DNA of 64,000 nt from Octopus vulgaris. Its lineage: Eukaryota. This document shows, in pieces, positions 1 to 13,288 of this stretch. How positions within the stretch are numbered: position 1 is the stretch's first letter; the number at the start of each line of letters is the position of its first letter. The notes under the pieces are model-generated. The model was given only the letters and a program-made list of their open reading frames with translations. It did no database searches and was not told where the DNA came from. The stretch covers positions 107,446,001 through 107,510,000 of the forward strand of contig OX597817.1 in NCBI GenBank assembly GCA_951406725.2. The letters run 5' to 3'. The translations under genes and the position numbers were made by a program.

Positions 1-1150
1 TAAAAGCTATTGCCAAAAATCTAAAGGACCCAGACTTCTGAAAGTATTCGTAGCCTATATCAATTCCCAATTTCCTTTCAATATTGTAAGCACTTGCTCT
101 GTTGGCTTGCAGTTTTTTCTTTTCTTTTAGCAGAGTCTGCTCTGTCGCAAGCATTCGGGCTAGTTCATTTGTTTAATGATTGATAACTTCTTCCCTTCTT
201 CACACAAATGTCCGAACCCCTGCAAAAGATTATGTGTATGAGGATGATCAGTATGACAAGTAGGGAAAGGTCAGAAAAGAGTCGAGTAAAGTAATTCACA
301 GTCTTCCAAACACCATAACAACGTCTTCAACATAAAATCTTATCCAACTTCATTGAGATGTCTCATAAATGTGAATAGTCATCAGTCAGGCTTGCTTGCC
401 CACCTCATTTTATCTTCTGTTTTAATCATTAATTTTTCTTTGGTAATATCTTTTTAATGTCTTCATAAAATTGCTTGAAGAAAATTACATATTGCCAAAT
501 ATGGTCTTCATTAAATTTCAAAACATCTAGAAGAGAGAAGAGATGACAAATGAGTCAAATCTTCATTTATATTACCTTATTTATTGTTTCTTATAGATAT
601 CCACTTGAACTGTGCATATTTTACATTATTATGATTTAAACTTAACGGAAAACTGTTTTCTATTTTCCGTCAACAAATTTAAAGTTCACCTTCAACTAAA
701 AATCAAAGTACTCTTTTTAATCAATCGAAATTTGAGCTTTTATTTCACTTATGAATGGCTAGTTGTTGAAGAGTTAACCATTGTATTATAAAAGATTTAT
801 TGTACAATATTTCTGCCTGCGGAAGTTAAATGGTATTTTCCCATTAGTTCAATTACCCGACATGATAAAATTTTAGAGAATTAATTTCAAATTACCGGTA
901 TAAGTGATGCACTAGTAATGGGTGAACGTGAGTGGATTTTTGCAATTTTCCCATTCTCGTTCTCCTGGTTAAAATACAATTTGTTGTATATTATTCACAG
1001 CTCCATTGCAAGGTATCAGTAATTTTGATGGTCAAAAATACTAAGGGGCTTCTAATGGCTAAAGCAATTTTCAATACATTTTTCATCATGTTCTGAGTTT
1101 TCCAATATTTTCTTGTGAAGCACCCATCAAGTATTTCTGTGATAGAGACT
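1..1150 (-). pseudogene. Highly degraded hAT (Charlie/GTF2IRD2-like) transposase remnant
   Basis: Manual minus-strand translation with many stops and frameshifts gives ...CYGVWKTVNYF... (VMxxVVKxVNxI motif) and ...KKLQANRASAYNIERKLG... (LQG..AF..KL motif). There is local nucleotide similarity (about 742-775) to the remnant at 11041-11075. Confidence 0.4.
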
Positions 1151-1289
1151 TCCATTTAATGAATAAATTTCCCTCTGCATCATTGTTTTACCGTCCATCT
1201 CTTTCCCTACCTCTTCATCATCATCGCCGTCGTCGTTGTTGTTCCTTTCGTGCACTCAGCATTTCCTTGTTCTGTCAATTTGGATGCAT

Positions 1290-2185
1290 AGCCTTAGGTA
1301 TCCAACATCTTTCATACAGTCTTTGCTGTATAAAAACAGGAGAATTACCATGATATCCAGTACCTTCAACTCAATTCAAACTTCTTGCAAATGTTCCTTA
1401 GGCTTCTAGTACAGTTGATATAATGATAAAGTTACGGAAATTCAGTTGATATAATGATAAATTTACAGAAATTCCACATCCTCTGAAGTTCATATTTTAG
1501 GTTCTGATAATTCTCTATTATGTCAAATTCTTTGTCTACCATTCTTGTATCAAGCAAAATTAATTAAACACAGTCTTTCCTCTTTATACGACAATATCTG
1601 GGCATGAACGCTCTATTTACCTATCGATTTGAATTTTCATATTCCATTGTAGGTTAAACAGTTGTTTTCAAGAATGTGTTGTTTCATAGACACGCCATTT
1701 TCCCATGGGTTCAAATCCACTTTTTTCATCGATTCAACAATTTATGATTGTAGCAGCATTATCATGTCTCAATTCTTATAAACTTTCTCCACAACTGTCT
1801 CCTCTCTTTTACCACACAGTCTAAATGCAGACAAAATGTCTTCCTTCTAAATTTTTCCTTATATATCACATTCTGATGGCATGATCCTACACAGCAAGGA
1901 TCAAGCTCATTATGTTTTTTTTTTAAAACATCCTTTCCTAGCCATTGAAATGTCTCCTAAAATCGATACTCTTGACTATTTTGAAAAGAAAATTACTGTT
2001 CTTATCGCTCGTTTCTAGCTCTGAGGTTTCACTATTTTTCTTTCTTAATCTAACATCTCTCCTCTTACTGCTATCAAAAGCGCTTCATCTCTCTCAGCTA
2101 TGGACTTCCTTAAACTCTCCCTTCTACTCTCATACATTTATCTTGTACACTTATTAATACTCGTCCTATACCCTGTCTATTGAAA
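1290..2185 (-). mobile_element. 3' part of an R4/Dong-type non-LTR retrotransposon (zinc knuckle + restriction-like endonuclease), degraded
   Basis: Minus-strand fragments RQGIGRVLISV, LILAV*DHAIR (LAAQDQAIRT), RLCGKREETV, RHDNAATII, LQWNMKIQIDR..CPDIVV and KEFDIIENYQNLKYELQRMWN follow the CCHC-RHD-PD..D order of REL endonucleases. Confidence 0.75.
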
Positions 2186-2374
2186 TACAATCTGTGAACA
2201 TCTGCCTATGTTTGCAAGGCTCTGTAGATTCTCAGCAATTTGCTTGTTTTTCTATCTACATTCTCAAAAACGTTCTTTTCTTTTGGTTACTTGACTATTC
2301 CAGCGTTGTGTCTGATGGATACGGCTTTTGAGTCTAAGGCAGTGATGGCATTTATTCCACTGAGTAGGAATTAT

Positions 2375-2578
2375 TGACGAACTGGCAGAATTTTGGCAAG
2401 CCAGACAAATTCTTGGCGGCATTTCGTCCATTTTTATATTCTGAGTTCAAAATCCGCCGCGGTCGACTTTCATCCTTTCGGGTTCGATAAAATATGTTCT
2501 AGTTGAAGACTGAGGTCGAGGTAATCGGCTGATACTCTCCCACTAAATTACTGGCCTTGTGCCGAAATTTGAAACCAT
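2375..2578 (+). mobile_element. SINE family A (tRNA-like head, Meta/MESC-like core)
   Basis: Contains TTCTGAGTTCAAAATCCGCCGCGGTCGACTTTCATCCTTTCGGGTTCGATAAAATA and the 3' GGCCTTGTGCCGAAATTTGAAACC end shared by many copies in the window. Confidence 0.8.
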
Positions 2579-3451
2579 TGTTACTATTCTTGTTGTTGTG
2601 TTTTTTTTTTAAGTGTCAAGGCGTCTTTTCCGAGCTCTGATGAAAATGGGATGTTTTAGAAATCGATGTAAATGAATTCTTTTTCTTCTTTCGAATTATT
2701 TACGACTATAATATTTTGAATACATTTGGAATTGGACATGATATTTTGTTATCTCATCAGGGAGACCATTTTTTTCGTTCAAACACGAAGATTCGTTAAA
2801 TAAAGATCCGACAATTATACAAAGAAAAACAACGCTGACATTCGGCTTCAATAGATTACTGTAGATAAAGCATGCAGATTTTCATTCGTCAAATAAAGCA
2901 GAATATAATATGATTATAAAATAAGCAACAGGAACATTTTGAACGAAATGGAAAGCAATAACAACGATAATAACTATAACAACAAAACGTAGTCTGCTAA
3001 GCGAAAGCATTTACAGCATTTAATGTTATTACAAATCGTGTCGGTTTTGTTCGCTTAACAAATGAAATGGCGACACTGCACATAAGAATTTGTTTTTAAG
3101 TGAAGGTTGGGAATACCATATCACACAAGTCTTAGCCTCTTTGTTCGAATATCATTTCCTACACGTTTGTTTGTCTCTTTAAAAAGCGGTGCTCTTCTGT
3201 TGATTTTAGAACAGCAACTAGAAAAGGTCCCGTCCGATGGTTGAAGATCAATCTTGTCCATTGAGTCAGGGCTGTGACGTCCCCGGATCAACACAAGTGG
3301 CGGCTTGTTATCTCTTTGTAGGCAGAGTGCCCTCATCATTACAATCACATCGTTATAATTACTGTGCTTCTATAATTCGTTTGTCCTACTCCATAAATTT
3401 TTGCATAGCTTTTCTGATAGATAGATGAATAAATAAATAAATAAATAAATA

Positions 3452-3885
3452 ATGGTTTCAATATTTGGTACAAAGCCAGCGTTTTCAAGGTAGCGGTATG
3501 TCTATTACATCGCCTCCAATGCTCAAATATATATCATCAATCTCGAAAGGATGAAGGGCAAAGTTGACCTTGGAGAGATTTGAACTCAGCACATAAAGAA
3601 CTGGAAGAAGTTCTGCGAAGCACTTTGTCCAACGCACTAACGATTCTACTAATTCGCCGCCTTAATGGTAAGAATAATTATTTGCAATTTTGGTATCATG
3701 CCAGCAATTTTGATGGGAAGGAGTAAGCTGATTACATTGGTCCTAGTATAGGACTGATATTTTATTTTATCGATCCCGAAAGGGTGAAAGGTAAAGTTGA
3801 TCCCCTAAACTCAGAACGTCAAGAGCCGAAAGAAATGGTGCCAATCATTTTATCTGATGAGCTAACTATTCTGTCAGTTCGCACT
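3452..3885 (-). mobile_element. Two adjacent diverged SINE family A copies
   Basis: GAAAGGATGAAGGGCAAAGTTGACC..ATTTGAACTCAG (about 3545-3590) and CCCGAAAGGGTGAAAGGTAAAGTTGA (about 3775-3800). Confidence 0.7.
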
Positions 3886-5039
3886 CATTGTCTCAGTCAA
3901 TAAAAGATGTATTTTGCTTCGCACCATGAATTTGAAAACAATTGTCTTTTTACTTACTAAGGGCTTTGCCATTGTATACTTTTGTTTGGTGATCATTCCA
4001 TTATCAGAAGGTGCCTTAAAACGGATTGATCAGCGTTATCTCTTCACGGTCTCACTTATAAAAACAAAGTATTTAGAAATGGCTTCGTGCGATCAATGAG
4101 AGATGGATGGTAGTAGATTGAAAAAGAGAGAAGGAATGGTGGGGGACTCCTTTTCATCATACAACCAAAAACAGCTTTCTCGTTCTAGTTCAACGTTTAA
4201 AAAAATGTAGGCCATCTCAATATAACCAGCACTGCAGTTTCAATCACTATGATAGTAGCAATAGAAACAGCAGCAACAACAGCAGCATCTACAACACTTG
4301 CAACAACAGATGTCTGCAAACAGTTACAATTAAAATGTTCGCATGATGTAACCAGTTTCAAAGTGAAAACTGCCTATGCAATGTTTCAAGTAATATTTTA
4401 GGAAAAGCACGGAAATCGAATTTCCATGTTGATCCGAATGCAGGAAGTGAAAGTATTCCATTTATTCTTCACACAATGTGTCAGTACTGAAAATCGTTTG
4501 TGAAAACGAACTTGAAATGGGTTCGGTTTGAAATATCACTCATTAACGACTACAAGTCATAAGACTTAGATGTAATAGCTATAAGCGCGACCAGAATTTC
4601 CGGGTATTTTGCTCTCGTGCTTTTTGACGATTATGAGGATTGCATAGCGCAGACTAAGCAGAGTTGCAGCTTGAGTTTAGAAAGGTTTGGAATTCGAGAT
4701 TCAGATGATCTTCCAAGGTGTAGATTTTTAAGTCAGTGGCCGTTTATGCTTCAACTGGAACGGATGTGTATAAATAGTAAGTAAGTGGAAGATTGTAAAA
4801 ACTCGCAAACTTGCTTATTCAGTTCCCATTGTCTACTAGGTGGTAATGACAAGAGTATTCAGAATGACCAGACCTACTAACAAACTACACCCATTAGGAT
4901 ACTTTTTGTTAATAATTTTGGTTTTCAAGACTGATTTTTCGTAATCGATATTTCGTAAAACCCCACCATTTTTGTAGTTTGCCCTTGTAATGTTTTCTCA
5001 TCTGTCGCTCTTCTTTGAACGTCAGAAAAATTATTGTTG

Positions 5040-5315
5040 TATTTGTCCTGTGTCTTTGTGTTCTAAATTCAAATTTTGATGAAGTCACCTTTAACCTTCA
5101 TTCTTTTGTGGTCAATAAAGTACCAATCAAAAGTCCTAGAATTTATGGTATCGACAAACCCCCTAATCCTCATAATTACTGATCTGGTACCTAAATTCCA
5201 AAACATTGAGGAGATGAGCTGGTAGAATTTTTAGAGTATCGAAAAAAATGTTTTCTAATATTTGTTCTGGTTCTTTACTTTCTGAATTCAGATCCCGCCA
5301 AAGTCAACTTTTCCT
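5040..5315 (+). mobile_element. Two diverged SINE family A fragments
   Basis: TTCTAAATTCAAATTTTGATGAAGTCACCTTTAACCTTCATTC and TTCTGAATTCAGATCCCGCCAAAGTCAACTTT motifs. Confidence 0.55.
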
Positions 5316-5682
5316 TATATTTTGCTATGTAACTACATGCAACCCCACGCGTCTTGGTTGCAGTTTTTTAAATTAGTTTTTATATTTTATTATTTATTTA
5401 TTGGTGGTGGTGCTACTGTAAATACTCTTCTGTATTTTGGATGTCTCTATTTCTCAGTCTTTCATATCTGGACAATTTCCCGCATCTTTCAGAAGTAAAC
5501 TGATCTCCATCTTAAGTAATATGTCGATTAAGAGGCGTTTTTATGTTCTTTGGTAAGAATAACATTTCTAAATTGACTAAATTTTGCTGTCTTTGTGAAT
5601 CGTTCACTCCACTTTGTCATGCTTTGTAACATCTATATTTTTACACATATCTGTCAGTGCTATTATAAATTCTGTTATACAA

Positions 5683-5683
5683 A

Positions 5684-5756
<73 letters not shown>
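5683..5756. repeat. (ATA)n microsatellite
   Basis: Perfect trinucleotide run. Confidence 0.95.
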
Positions 5757-5761
<5 letters not shown>

Positions 5762-5779
5762 CTTCCAGCTTCTTTTTTG

Positions 5780-6310
5780 TCTCTTTATTACGCCATTTTG
5801 ACAGGGACTGAGGAGTCATAAACAATTTAGACGACTCTTTCTTCGCATCCTCACATATATTTTCTATTCTGTTTCAGACATGTTTTTGATACTTCGATCA
5901 CAAGCTCTTCAGCTTCAGCTTAGATTCCTGGATTTCCCAACTCACACTGTATTTTATCGGTAGTCATTTAGATTTTGATAATCTCGTCGAGTTAAGGCCA
6001 TATTAGCACTTTCCTTCTCGATATCTTAATGTCAGAATTTTGAATTATTTTACACGTATTGTTTTAAGTGTTTAAATAAATCTTGTTATTGCTTTTCCTT
6101 CCTCTTCACATCTGCTTGATCTCAATGCGTTATATCTTTGTTGGCTTCTGACAAGACTTTATACCCCTTATCGCATTAAAGCTGGCGTATTTAACCAAGT
6201 GAGAAAAAATCTAATTATTAATACTTACGCGATGAAACGAAGAAAACATTTGGTCACAGCTCTTGATATGTTTCGGCCTTATTAGGCCTCTTCAGTGAAG
6301 CATAATCTTC
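5780..6310 (-). mobile_element. Degraded Penelope-like fragment (GIY-YIG C-terminal part) with a hammerhead motif upstream
   Basis: Minus-strand NSTRLSK...IKYSVSWEI resembles the PLE motif T.LS.YIW.LK...Y.I.W.I. A hammerhead core lies at 6259-6301. Confidence 0.45.
6259..6301 (-). ncRNA. Minimal type-I hammerhead ribozyme motif (degenerate stems I/III)
   Basis: Minus strand reads CTGAAGA-GGCC-taataa-GGCC-GAAA-CATA-TC. Core and stem II are intact; stem I pairing is weak. Confidence 0.55.
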
Positions 6311-6559
6311 CTCATACTTGCTAAATTAGTCCTTAAAAAATCACTATCTCAGTGTTTCTCTAGCTTTTTAAATCTTATTTTACACACATGCGTATACTCA
6401 TACATAAATACATACATACATACATACATACATACATACAGACAGGCAGACAGACAGACACACGCACGCACACACATGTGCATATATATATGTGTGTGTG
6501 TGTATGTGTATATGCATGCATGCATGTATGTATGTTCAAAAAATGTTCTAATTAAAATT

Positions 6560-8200
6560 TCATTGTCAGTTATGTTTCATTCTCTTATTTCTTCCTTATG
6601 CCACATTTCTCACTTTGGAGTCCTACAACCCTCCAAACTATTTCCAACACCACTTTGAAAAGAATTTCACTATATTGATATAAAATAATCAATCAGAAAT
6701 GATTATGATGACTGTATATCATCAGTACAGTGATTCTCTTATTTTAGTAACGACGAAGAGTATGCTTCACTAAGGATGACTGGAGTTGTCGTCTGTACTT
6801 GTTAAGAACAAATTAAATTCATATTAATCATTGAACTAATGTGTTCTTCTCAAAGCATGAGTGTTATTAATTAACCAGATTGTTTACTCACTCCTATGAT
6901 ATTCGTAACTTATCTTATCTTTCACTTAATTTTCTTTGATCTTCCTTGGTCCCCGATCTATTTTTGTAGCTATTCGCATAAATTTCCTATTTAATATGAT
7001 TTATATTTTTGTGTATAGTTCTGCAGTAAATATTTATAAAAGGTTTCTATTTCTATTCTTTCTGTGTCAGATTTTCTATAGTACAATTCCTAGACGCAAC
7101 TTTAACTTGCTTGTTTTCCTATCTAATCTTACTAAATGAATTAGTTCCAAGTTGAGAATATTATAACTGCAACCAGAGCGGTGAGCTAGCAGAATTGTTA
7201 ACACTCCGGGCAAAATGCTTAGCGGCATTTCATCCGTCATTACGTTCTGAATTCACATTCCACCGAGGTCGACTTTGTCTTTCATCCTTTTCAAGGTCGA
7301 TAAAATTAGTACCAATTGAGTCCTGGAGTCAATGTAATTGACTTATCCTTTCCCTCAAAGTTGCTGGCCTTGTGCCAAAATTTGAGACCAATGTTTATAA
7401 CTGCAGCTTATAGTTGAAACAGCTAAAATATCGATATTTTACCTTACTTCGAGCCTTTAGCACAATTTTAATTATTAATCTAGATGTCTTTCCTAATATT
7501 ATCTTTGATTAGAGTACTCTATCTAATTCGTTCATTGATTCCAAATATTTGTAAGTCTGCTTTTAGTATAAATCTCTTATCTCCGTTTTTTATATATTTT
7601 TTCTATATCTTGCAAGACTTTCCTGCCATATTTCGCTACTTATATATCTATTCTTGTTATTAATTTTTCTCTTTTCAAGTTTTCTTAACACATTTTTCAA
7701 ATATAAATTTCACCTCAATTTTTCACTAAATGCGTGTATAGAGAATTCACTTAACAAGGTTTCTGCTTTATCGTCTGAATCATACAACTTTAAGTTATCC
7801 ATCTTCATGCAAATGTATTTCCATTGAATTTGTATCTGGATCCAATCTCGTTTAGCGTGATAACATGGTTAAAAGTGGAGAGAAATCGATCTAAGAATAT
7901 TTTCTTCAAATCGGGATCGGCTTCGTATTTACAATTCCCTTTTTGTTCGTATTTGTACGGTTGTTTTCTTCTATTCAAGGTATGTTTGATGTATCTGCTT
8001 GTTATTGATGCTCATGTCTAACGTTTACAAAATTTATTAGCTTGTAACCCTGCTAAATACCTTTGGAGAATTCACCTCTGCCGTGCTCCGAACTTTATTT
8101 CTCCTCTTAGACTCTTTTGGCATTAATGATTACAAACTGGGCTCTTTTTGAGCATTTACACATGTCGGGTAGTTGAAAATTAGAGCCATCGTCAGCATAA
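6560..8200 (-). mobile_element. R4/Dong-type LINE reverse transcriptase region, degraded and interrupted by a SINE
   Basis: Minus-strand fragments KPIPI*RK..IDFSPL (RRGIFQGDSLSPL), HLHEDG*LKV (HLLYMDDLKL), KQTYKYL and SYNILNLELIHLVRLDRKTSKL. Confidence 0.65.
7172..7394 (+). mobile_element. Full-length SINE family A with an 11-bp TSD
   Basis: GCGGTGAGCTAGCAGAA head plus the family core, flanked by TTATAACTGCA at 7161-7171 and 7395-7405. Confidence 0.9.
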
Positions 8201-8372
8201 TTAAACTAAAGGTTTGTTATTTTGGTAGAAGGCCGGTAATTTTGACGGAAGGGAGTTGGTCAGTTATATTGATCCTAGAACAAGTCCGGGTAGGTTGATG
8301 TCGGCAGGATTGAACTCGGAACATAAAGAACCAGAACAAATATTGTAAGGTGTTTTCCAAGACTCTTTATTG

Positions 8373-8450
8373 CAGTGTTTCTCAACCTTTTTAACCTTCC
8401 ATAACCCTTAAAATAAATTACATATCTCAAGGAACCCCTGCACAAACAAA
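8373..8450 (+). mobile_element. hAT/Charlie-type MITE terminus
   Basis: Starts CAGTGTTTCTCAACC (Charlie-type TIR) followed by GGAACCCCTG. The partner TIR was not found. Confidence 0.45.
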
Positions 8451-8528
8451 GATTATACTCCATATCTTTCTGTTATTTTTTTTTCATCGTAGTTCACGTG
8501 GTAAATATCATATATTCACATTCCTACA

Positions 8529-8690
8529 TTCTTCTTCTTCTTCTTCTTCTTCTTCTTCTTCTTCTTCTTCTTCTTCTTCTTCTTCTTCTTCTTCTTCTTC
8601 TTCTTCTTCTTCTTCTTCTTCTTCTTCTTCTTCTTCTTCTTCTTCTTCTTCTTCTTCTTCTTCTTCTTCTTCTTCTTCTTCTTCTTCTTC
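8529..8690. repeat. (CTT)n microsatellite
   Basis: Long perfect run. It is followed by a CAAGAATTCTAC 12-mer repeated about 2.7 times (8691-8723). Confidence 0.95.
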
Positions 8691-8940
8691 CAAGAATTCT
8701 ACCAAGAATTCTACCAAGAATTCAGAACGACCTCGAACCCACAAGAGTAAATAAGAGAGACAGAGACAGGCAGAAACAAGGAAAATGCCACTCGTATTTG
8801 AACACTATGCAAATATTCTTTTAAAAAAAATTTTCTTTTAATTTTTCCCAAATTTAATTGTTTTCCATACTTACAGTTGAAAAAGTCTCAATGACTGAAA
8901 GCGGTACTGAAATGTGCTTTTTAAAATTATTTTAGCATTT

Positions 8941-9134
<194 letters not shown>

Positions 9135-10021
9135 CTGAATTATAATCAGCTTTGTCACCCCATATCTATGTTAGAAATAGTTGGTTTGTCAGAAACTAAT
9201 AGTGTTACACCATTGAAAATTAAGTCTGTAGATCTACATTTGCTATATTGTTGAGAACATCAACTATTAATTTTATATCAAGCCTGCTGTTGTTCAGAAT
9301 AAAGTTTTCTGGGGAATTATACTTCCTTGACTTTCAATAAAGTTTATTAAGAAGCGTTAAGGGTTACATTGTTCCGGTCAAGCTCTAAGGGTAGGGGTTG
9401 TAAAATTTGGATAAATAGATGTAAGCAACTTATATCTTATCCTAATGATAATACTGGAATCTTGTATAAAAGATATTTCCCTATTGCAAGTCTTGAAAGG
9501 ATACGATATAAAATCAATATTTTCTCATAGTGTTTTCTTTATTTTTAGTTAAGTTAGCCGAAATCTTATCTCAGTCGTAATAGGTGAGTTTTAAATCGTC
9601 ATTATAGAATCCAGGAAATATTTGCTAATGGGTTGCAATAGAAAATCAACATTATCGTAAAGATGACCTTTAGATTTAAACATTGGCGTGCCACTTACTG
9701 TATTAATCATTTGAAACATATAGGACTAGAAGTTAGGAGTAAGGATTGTGTTTCCTTAAGACACTTTGACATATTTTGTGATTCAGTATTATCGAAAGTT
9801 CTTGTGAGAATGTCTATTGTGTTAAACAGTTTCATTGAATGTACTCAGTACATTTACATACATACATAAATACATACATACATACATAAATATATATATA
9901 TATATATATTGTTGTATTTAGGAAGGGTCATTTTGCCAGTTTAGCCAATAAAAACACATGCACTATATATCTGGTGTTACTTTGCTTCAGCGTTATTCAT
10001 TTTTTACATTAATCTTATTTC

Positions 10022-10066
10022 GGCCAGAGTTCTTTCGTCACACTCCTGTGACCTCATCAGTAGTCC
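10022..10066 (-). ncRNA. Minimal type-I hammerhead ribozyme motif
   Basis: Minus strand reads GGACTA-CTGATGA-G-GTCAC-aggagt-GTGAC-GAAA-GAAC-TC-TGGCC. Confidence 0.7.
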
Positions 10067-10524
10067 TTTGCTTTCTTCTTTCTTATTTGTGTGTCTCTCC
10101 TTACTAACAGTCAGCCATTTTGTATTTTGTATTCCTATTGTATGTGTCTTCATTTGCGTATGCGTAGACCTCTGTACACAGATAAATAACTATATACATA
10201 AAAAAAAAATAATAATAATAAAAACGGAAGAAAATTTGAAGAAAGAAGGGAAAAGCATAATAATAATAATTAGTAGGTGTAAACACATGAACAAAATAAA
10301 AATAAACAAAAACAAAAACAAAAAAAAAAACAAAATTACACGAACGTATATAAACAGGAGATACAAATATTACAGGCACTCCCCCCACACACACGCTAAC
10401 TAAACATAGACACACAAAGAGGTATACGCATGCGCAAATGAATACACATACAATAGGAATACAAAATACAAAATGGCTGACCGTTAGTAAGGAGAGACAC
10501 ACAAATAAGAAAGAAGAAAGCAAA

Positions 10525-10569
10525 GGACCACTGATGAGGTCACAGGAGTGTGACGAAAGAACTCTGGCC
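10525..10569 (+). ncRNA. Minimal type-I hammerhead ribozyme motif
   Basis: GGACCA-CTGATGA-G-GTCAC-aggagt-GTGAC-GAAA-GAAC-TC-TGGCC: intact CUGAUGA/GAAA core, 5-bp stem II, CCA:TGG stem I and a CUC cleavage triplet. Confidence 0.75.
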
Positions 10570-10759
10570 GAAATAAAATTAAGGTTAATGTAAAAAAGGA
10601 ATAACGCTGAAGCAAAGTAACGCCAAATATATAGTGCGTGTGTTTTTATTGGCTAAACTGGCAAAACGACCATTCCTAAATACAACAATATCTGTTTCAA
10701 CACACGATTTCACATCAAAAATCTTGCAAAACAAATATATATATATATATATATATATG

Positions 10760-11600
10760 AAACATCCTCAATAATGCACGCATCACAAGTTTCTCCATGT
10801 GATTATCCCTGTACAGTACCATACTCAGTTAACGCGGCAGAGTTAGTAATACTGTAGTTCCTAGCAGACCTGCATGCAAAGCCCCTTCGGCTAAAGATTC
10901 ACATGTTATATAGTCCTCTGCATAAACTTGCGTAGCTTTACATTTGGGAACCGGAAATAACGCTTCAAAACTGTTACAAAAATCCACTGAATCTAAGCTT
11001 TGACATATCATCTTGAGCCGATTATGTTTCATGGAACTATAGTTTCACAATTATATTAATAGTTGTTGAGAGTCACAGAATAATTTGAGTTACACACAAG
11101 AGCACAAAGAGATACAACAGTTTTAGTTTTCAAAGAGAGATATTTGAAAATTTCTCTGTAACAATATCTGAGACTATAATCATTACCTTACAATAAACGA
11201 ACAACCATTGATGAAATATTGAAATATTTATTTATAACACCCTTGAAATGTGTTAGTGCTATTTTTTTTTTACTACCGTGTAATATATATAATGTACAAA
11301 TGTGGTGAAGTACTTGGAGTTGTACCAATATTTTCATGTTTTCTAGATATTAGTTTACTCCTCAAAGCAATAATTATTTTAACATTCCAACCTTTCCATA
11401 TTAACTCTTGGCTATTCTTTTGATATTATCAGTTTTTATCTTTCCATCTTGTACTGCATAGAAGAAACATTACAAGAAAATCTCAGGCGACAGCTTATTC
11501 CAATAATTGCCCCCAAATAATTGAGGACAGTATATATGAGAGCGGAAAATACAGTTTTGATTATGAATCATTATTCTGTATTCTCTAACAAAGTGAATTG
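10760..11600 (-). pseudogene. Highly degraded hAT transposase remnant
   Basis: Fragments FLLCST..DNIKR (zinc-finger N-terminus), QSLDSVDF (compare QKESVEFV at about 25560) and HMEKLVMRALL (HVM.VVK motif). Confidence 0.35.
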
Positions 11601-12265
11601 ACGTGTCGTGCTAATTTTCCCGCTAAACTTGTCTTCAGTTTGTTGAAACACAATTTTGTAATTAAAATATCGGCATTTAATTTGCTTCTGTACTACTAGT
11701 AGAAATTTCTATTTCCATTTAGCTTTAAATATTCTGCGTGTCTAACAAATTTCAGCTCGCTTTTGTACGTTGATCAGCTTAACAAATATCTGATTTGAAC
11801 TTATAAAATCTTTTGATCATAATATTCTTCTACAAACGCTACACCAGTATGGTTTCTGCAGACTTTATAATTAATGACATATATTCATTCTGTTTATCCT
11901 CTTGCTGTCAGTAGATTTTTGTATTTGAGTGAAATCATGTGAAATAATTTCCCTCGTTAAATACTATAGGTATTCGTACTTGAAATAGTGTCGTTTCTTT
12001 TTATATACTAAGATAAAAAGTATTTCACCTTTCAGATGTTGTTCCGTTAAAATCTGTATAATTTTCATTACCCTGCAAACCGAATTACTTTACAACATAA
12101 TTAGAGAATAGGTGGAATATTTGAAGGTAGCAAATTTTTTCAGGCCCCTTCACAAATATCTTCTACGATAGCGTCGATCTGACCGATATCATGTGAATGA
12201 AATTTACTAGGCGGAAACTGTGTGTAATCTCATCGTACGCGTACATACACATATACGTACATAAA

Positions 12266-12337
<72 letters not shown>

Positions 12338-12353
12338 TGCGCGCGTGTGTGTA

Positions 12354-12560
12354 CGAGAGTGGGCTGAAAAGTCATAGCCAGACTATGTAAGAAGGATTCT
12401 AGAGCTGTGAAATCTTGCATGCATTAATTTCAACGTATTAATAACTGCATTGTTTCTTTCTAGGTAAACTGACATCTTATTGTTCAAAGAAGACTTCAAA
12501 AGTAACTTGTTTCGACTTCTCTTGAAAATCGACAAAATTTGGCATCTTGGAGTCGCCTCT
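12354..12560 (+). mobile_element. mariner-type terminal fragment or MITE
   Basis: TA|CGAGAGTGGGCTGAAAAGT terminus resembles the mariner-type TIRs at 63199 and 63667. Confidence 0.5.
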
Positions 12561-12605
12561 GATATATATATATGTATATATAGTATGCGCGCGTGTGTGT
12601 ATGTG

Positions 12606-12667
<62 letters not shown>

Positions 12668-13288
12668 TGAAAACTGGTGACACTCTACATCACTTGCAAC
12701 GTCGAAGATACAAGAAAGCATTTGATTATCCAGCTGGAAAACTGACGTACGACGATATTCACTAATTAAAGTAAGAAATATACAAACGAGTACATAAATA
12801 ATTAAATAAATATTTGACAGGTACTAACTGTATCGGTGACACTCGAAAGATGAAAAAGCAAAGTCGGCAGAGGTAACTCGATTAATCCGTTGTTCTATTG
12901 TTTCTGCTAGTTCAATGTCCTTATATTATTTATTTATCGTAATTACATTAATTACTTGCAGTTTATTGCTATTCACGTTTAATGTGCATTAGTATACTGA
13001 TTAACATTGCAGTCACGTTAAGCTGATGTACGAAGTGACATTCTTGAGGAAGTTGCGACGATATTCAGGTTTACAGTATTACATTGTTCACTATACTTCT
13101 CTACAAAATTTACGGTTCACCGTTGACTATAAAATAGAAAGCGTTGAACCAACGCAAGAAATGTGTATGTGATCACTGATCTATTAGAAAGCATTACAAA
13201 ACCACGCAGCATAGCGTTTACATAAAACATGGATGCATTGGATAATGCAGTCCTAGATACACAATGCCTGAAAAAAAAACAGTAACAT

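Larger units (their letters stand above)
9905..10735. mobile_element. Non-autonomous Penelope-like unit: inverted pair of about 270-bp pseudo-LTR arms in (TA)n
   Basis: 9905-10173 is the reverse complement of 10418-10691 with few mismatches. Each arm carries a hammerhead motif, and (TA)n flanks both sides. Confidence 0.75.

Noticed and set aside
527-896. Apparent minus-strand intron (GTAATT...TCTCTTCTAG) suggesting a host gene
   Set aside because: The flanking 'exons' have stops in all frames and match decayed hAT transposase motifs better.
10068-10523. Two ORFs with identical hydrophobic N-termini on opposite strands
   Set aside because: A consequence of the inverted repeat; low-complexity composition and a non-ATG start.
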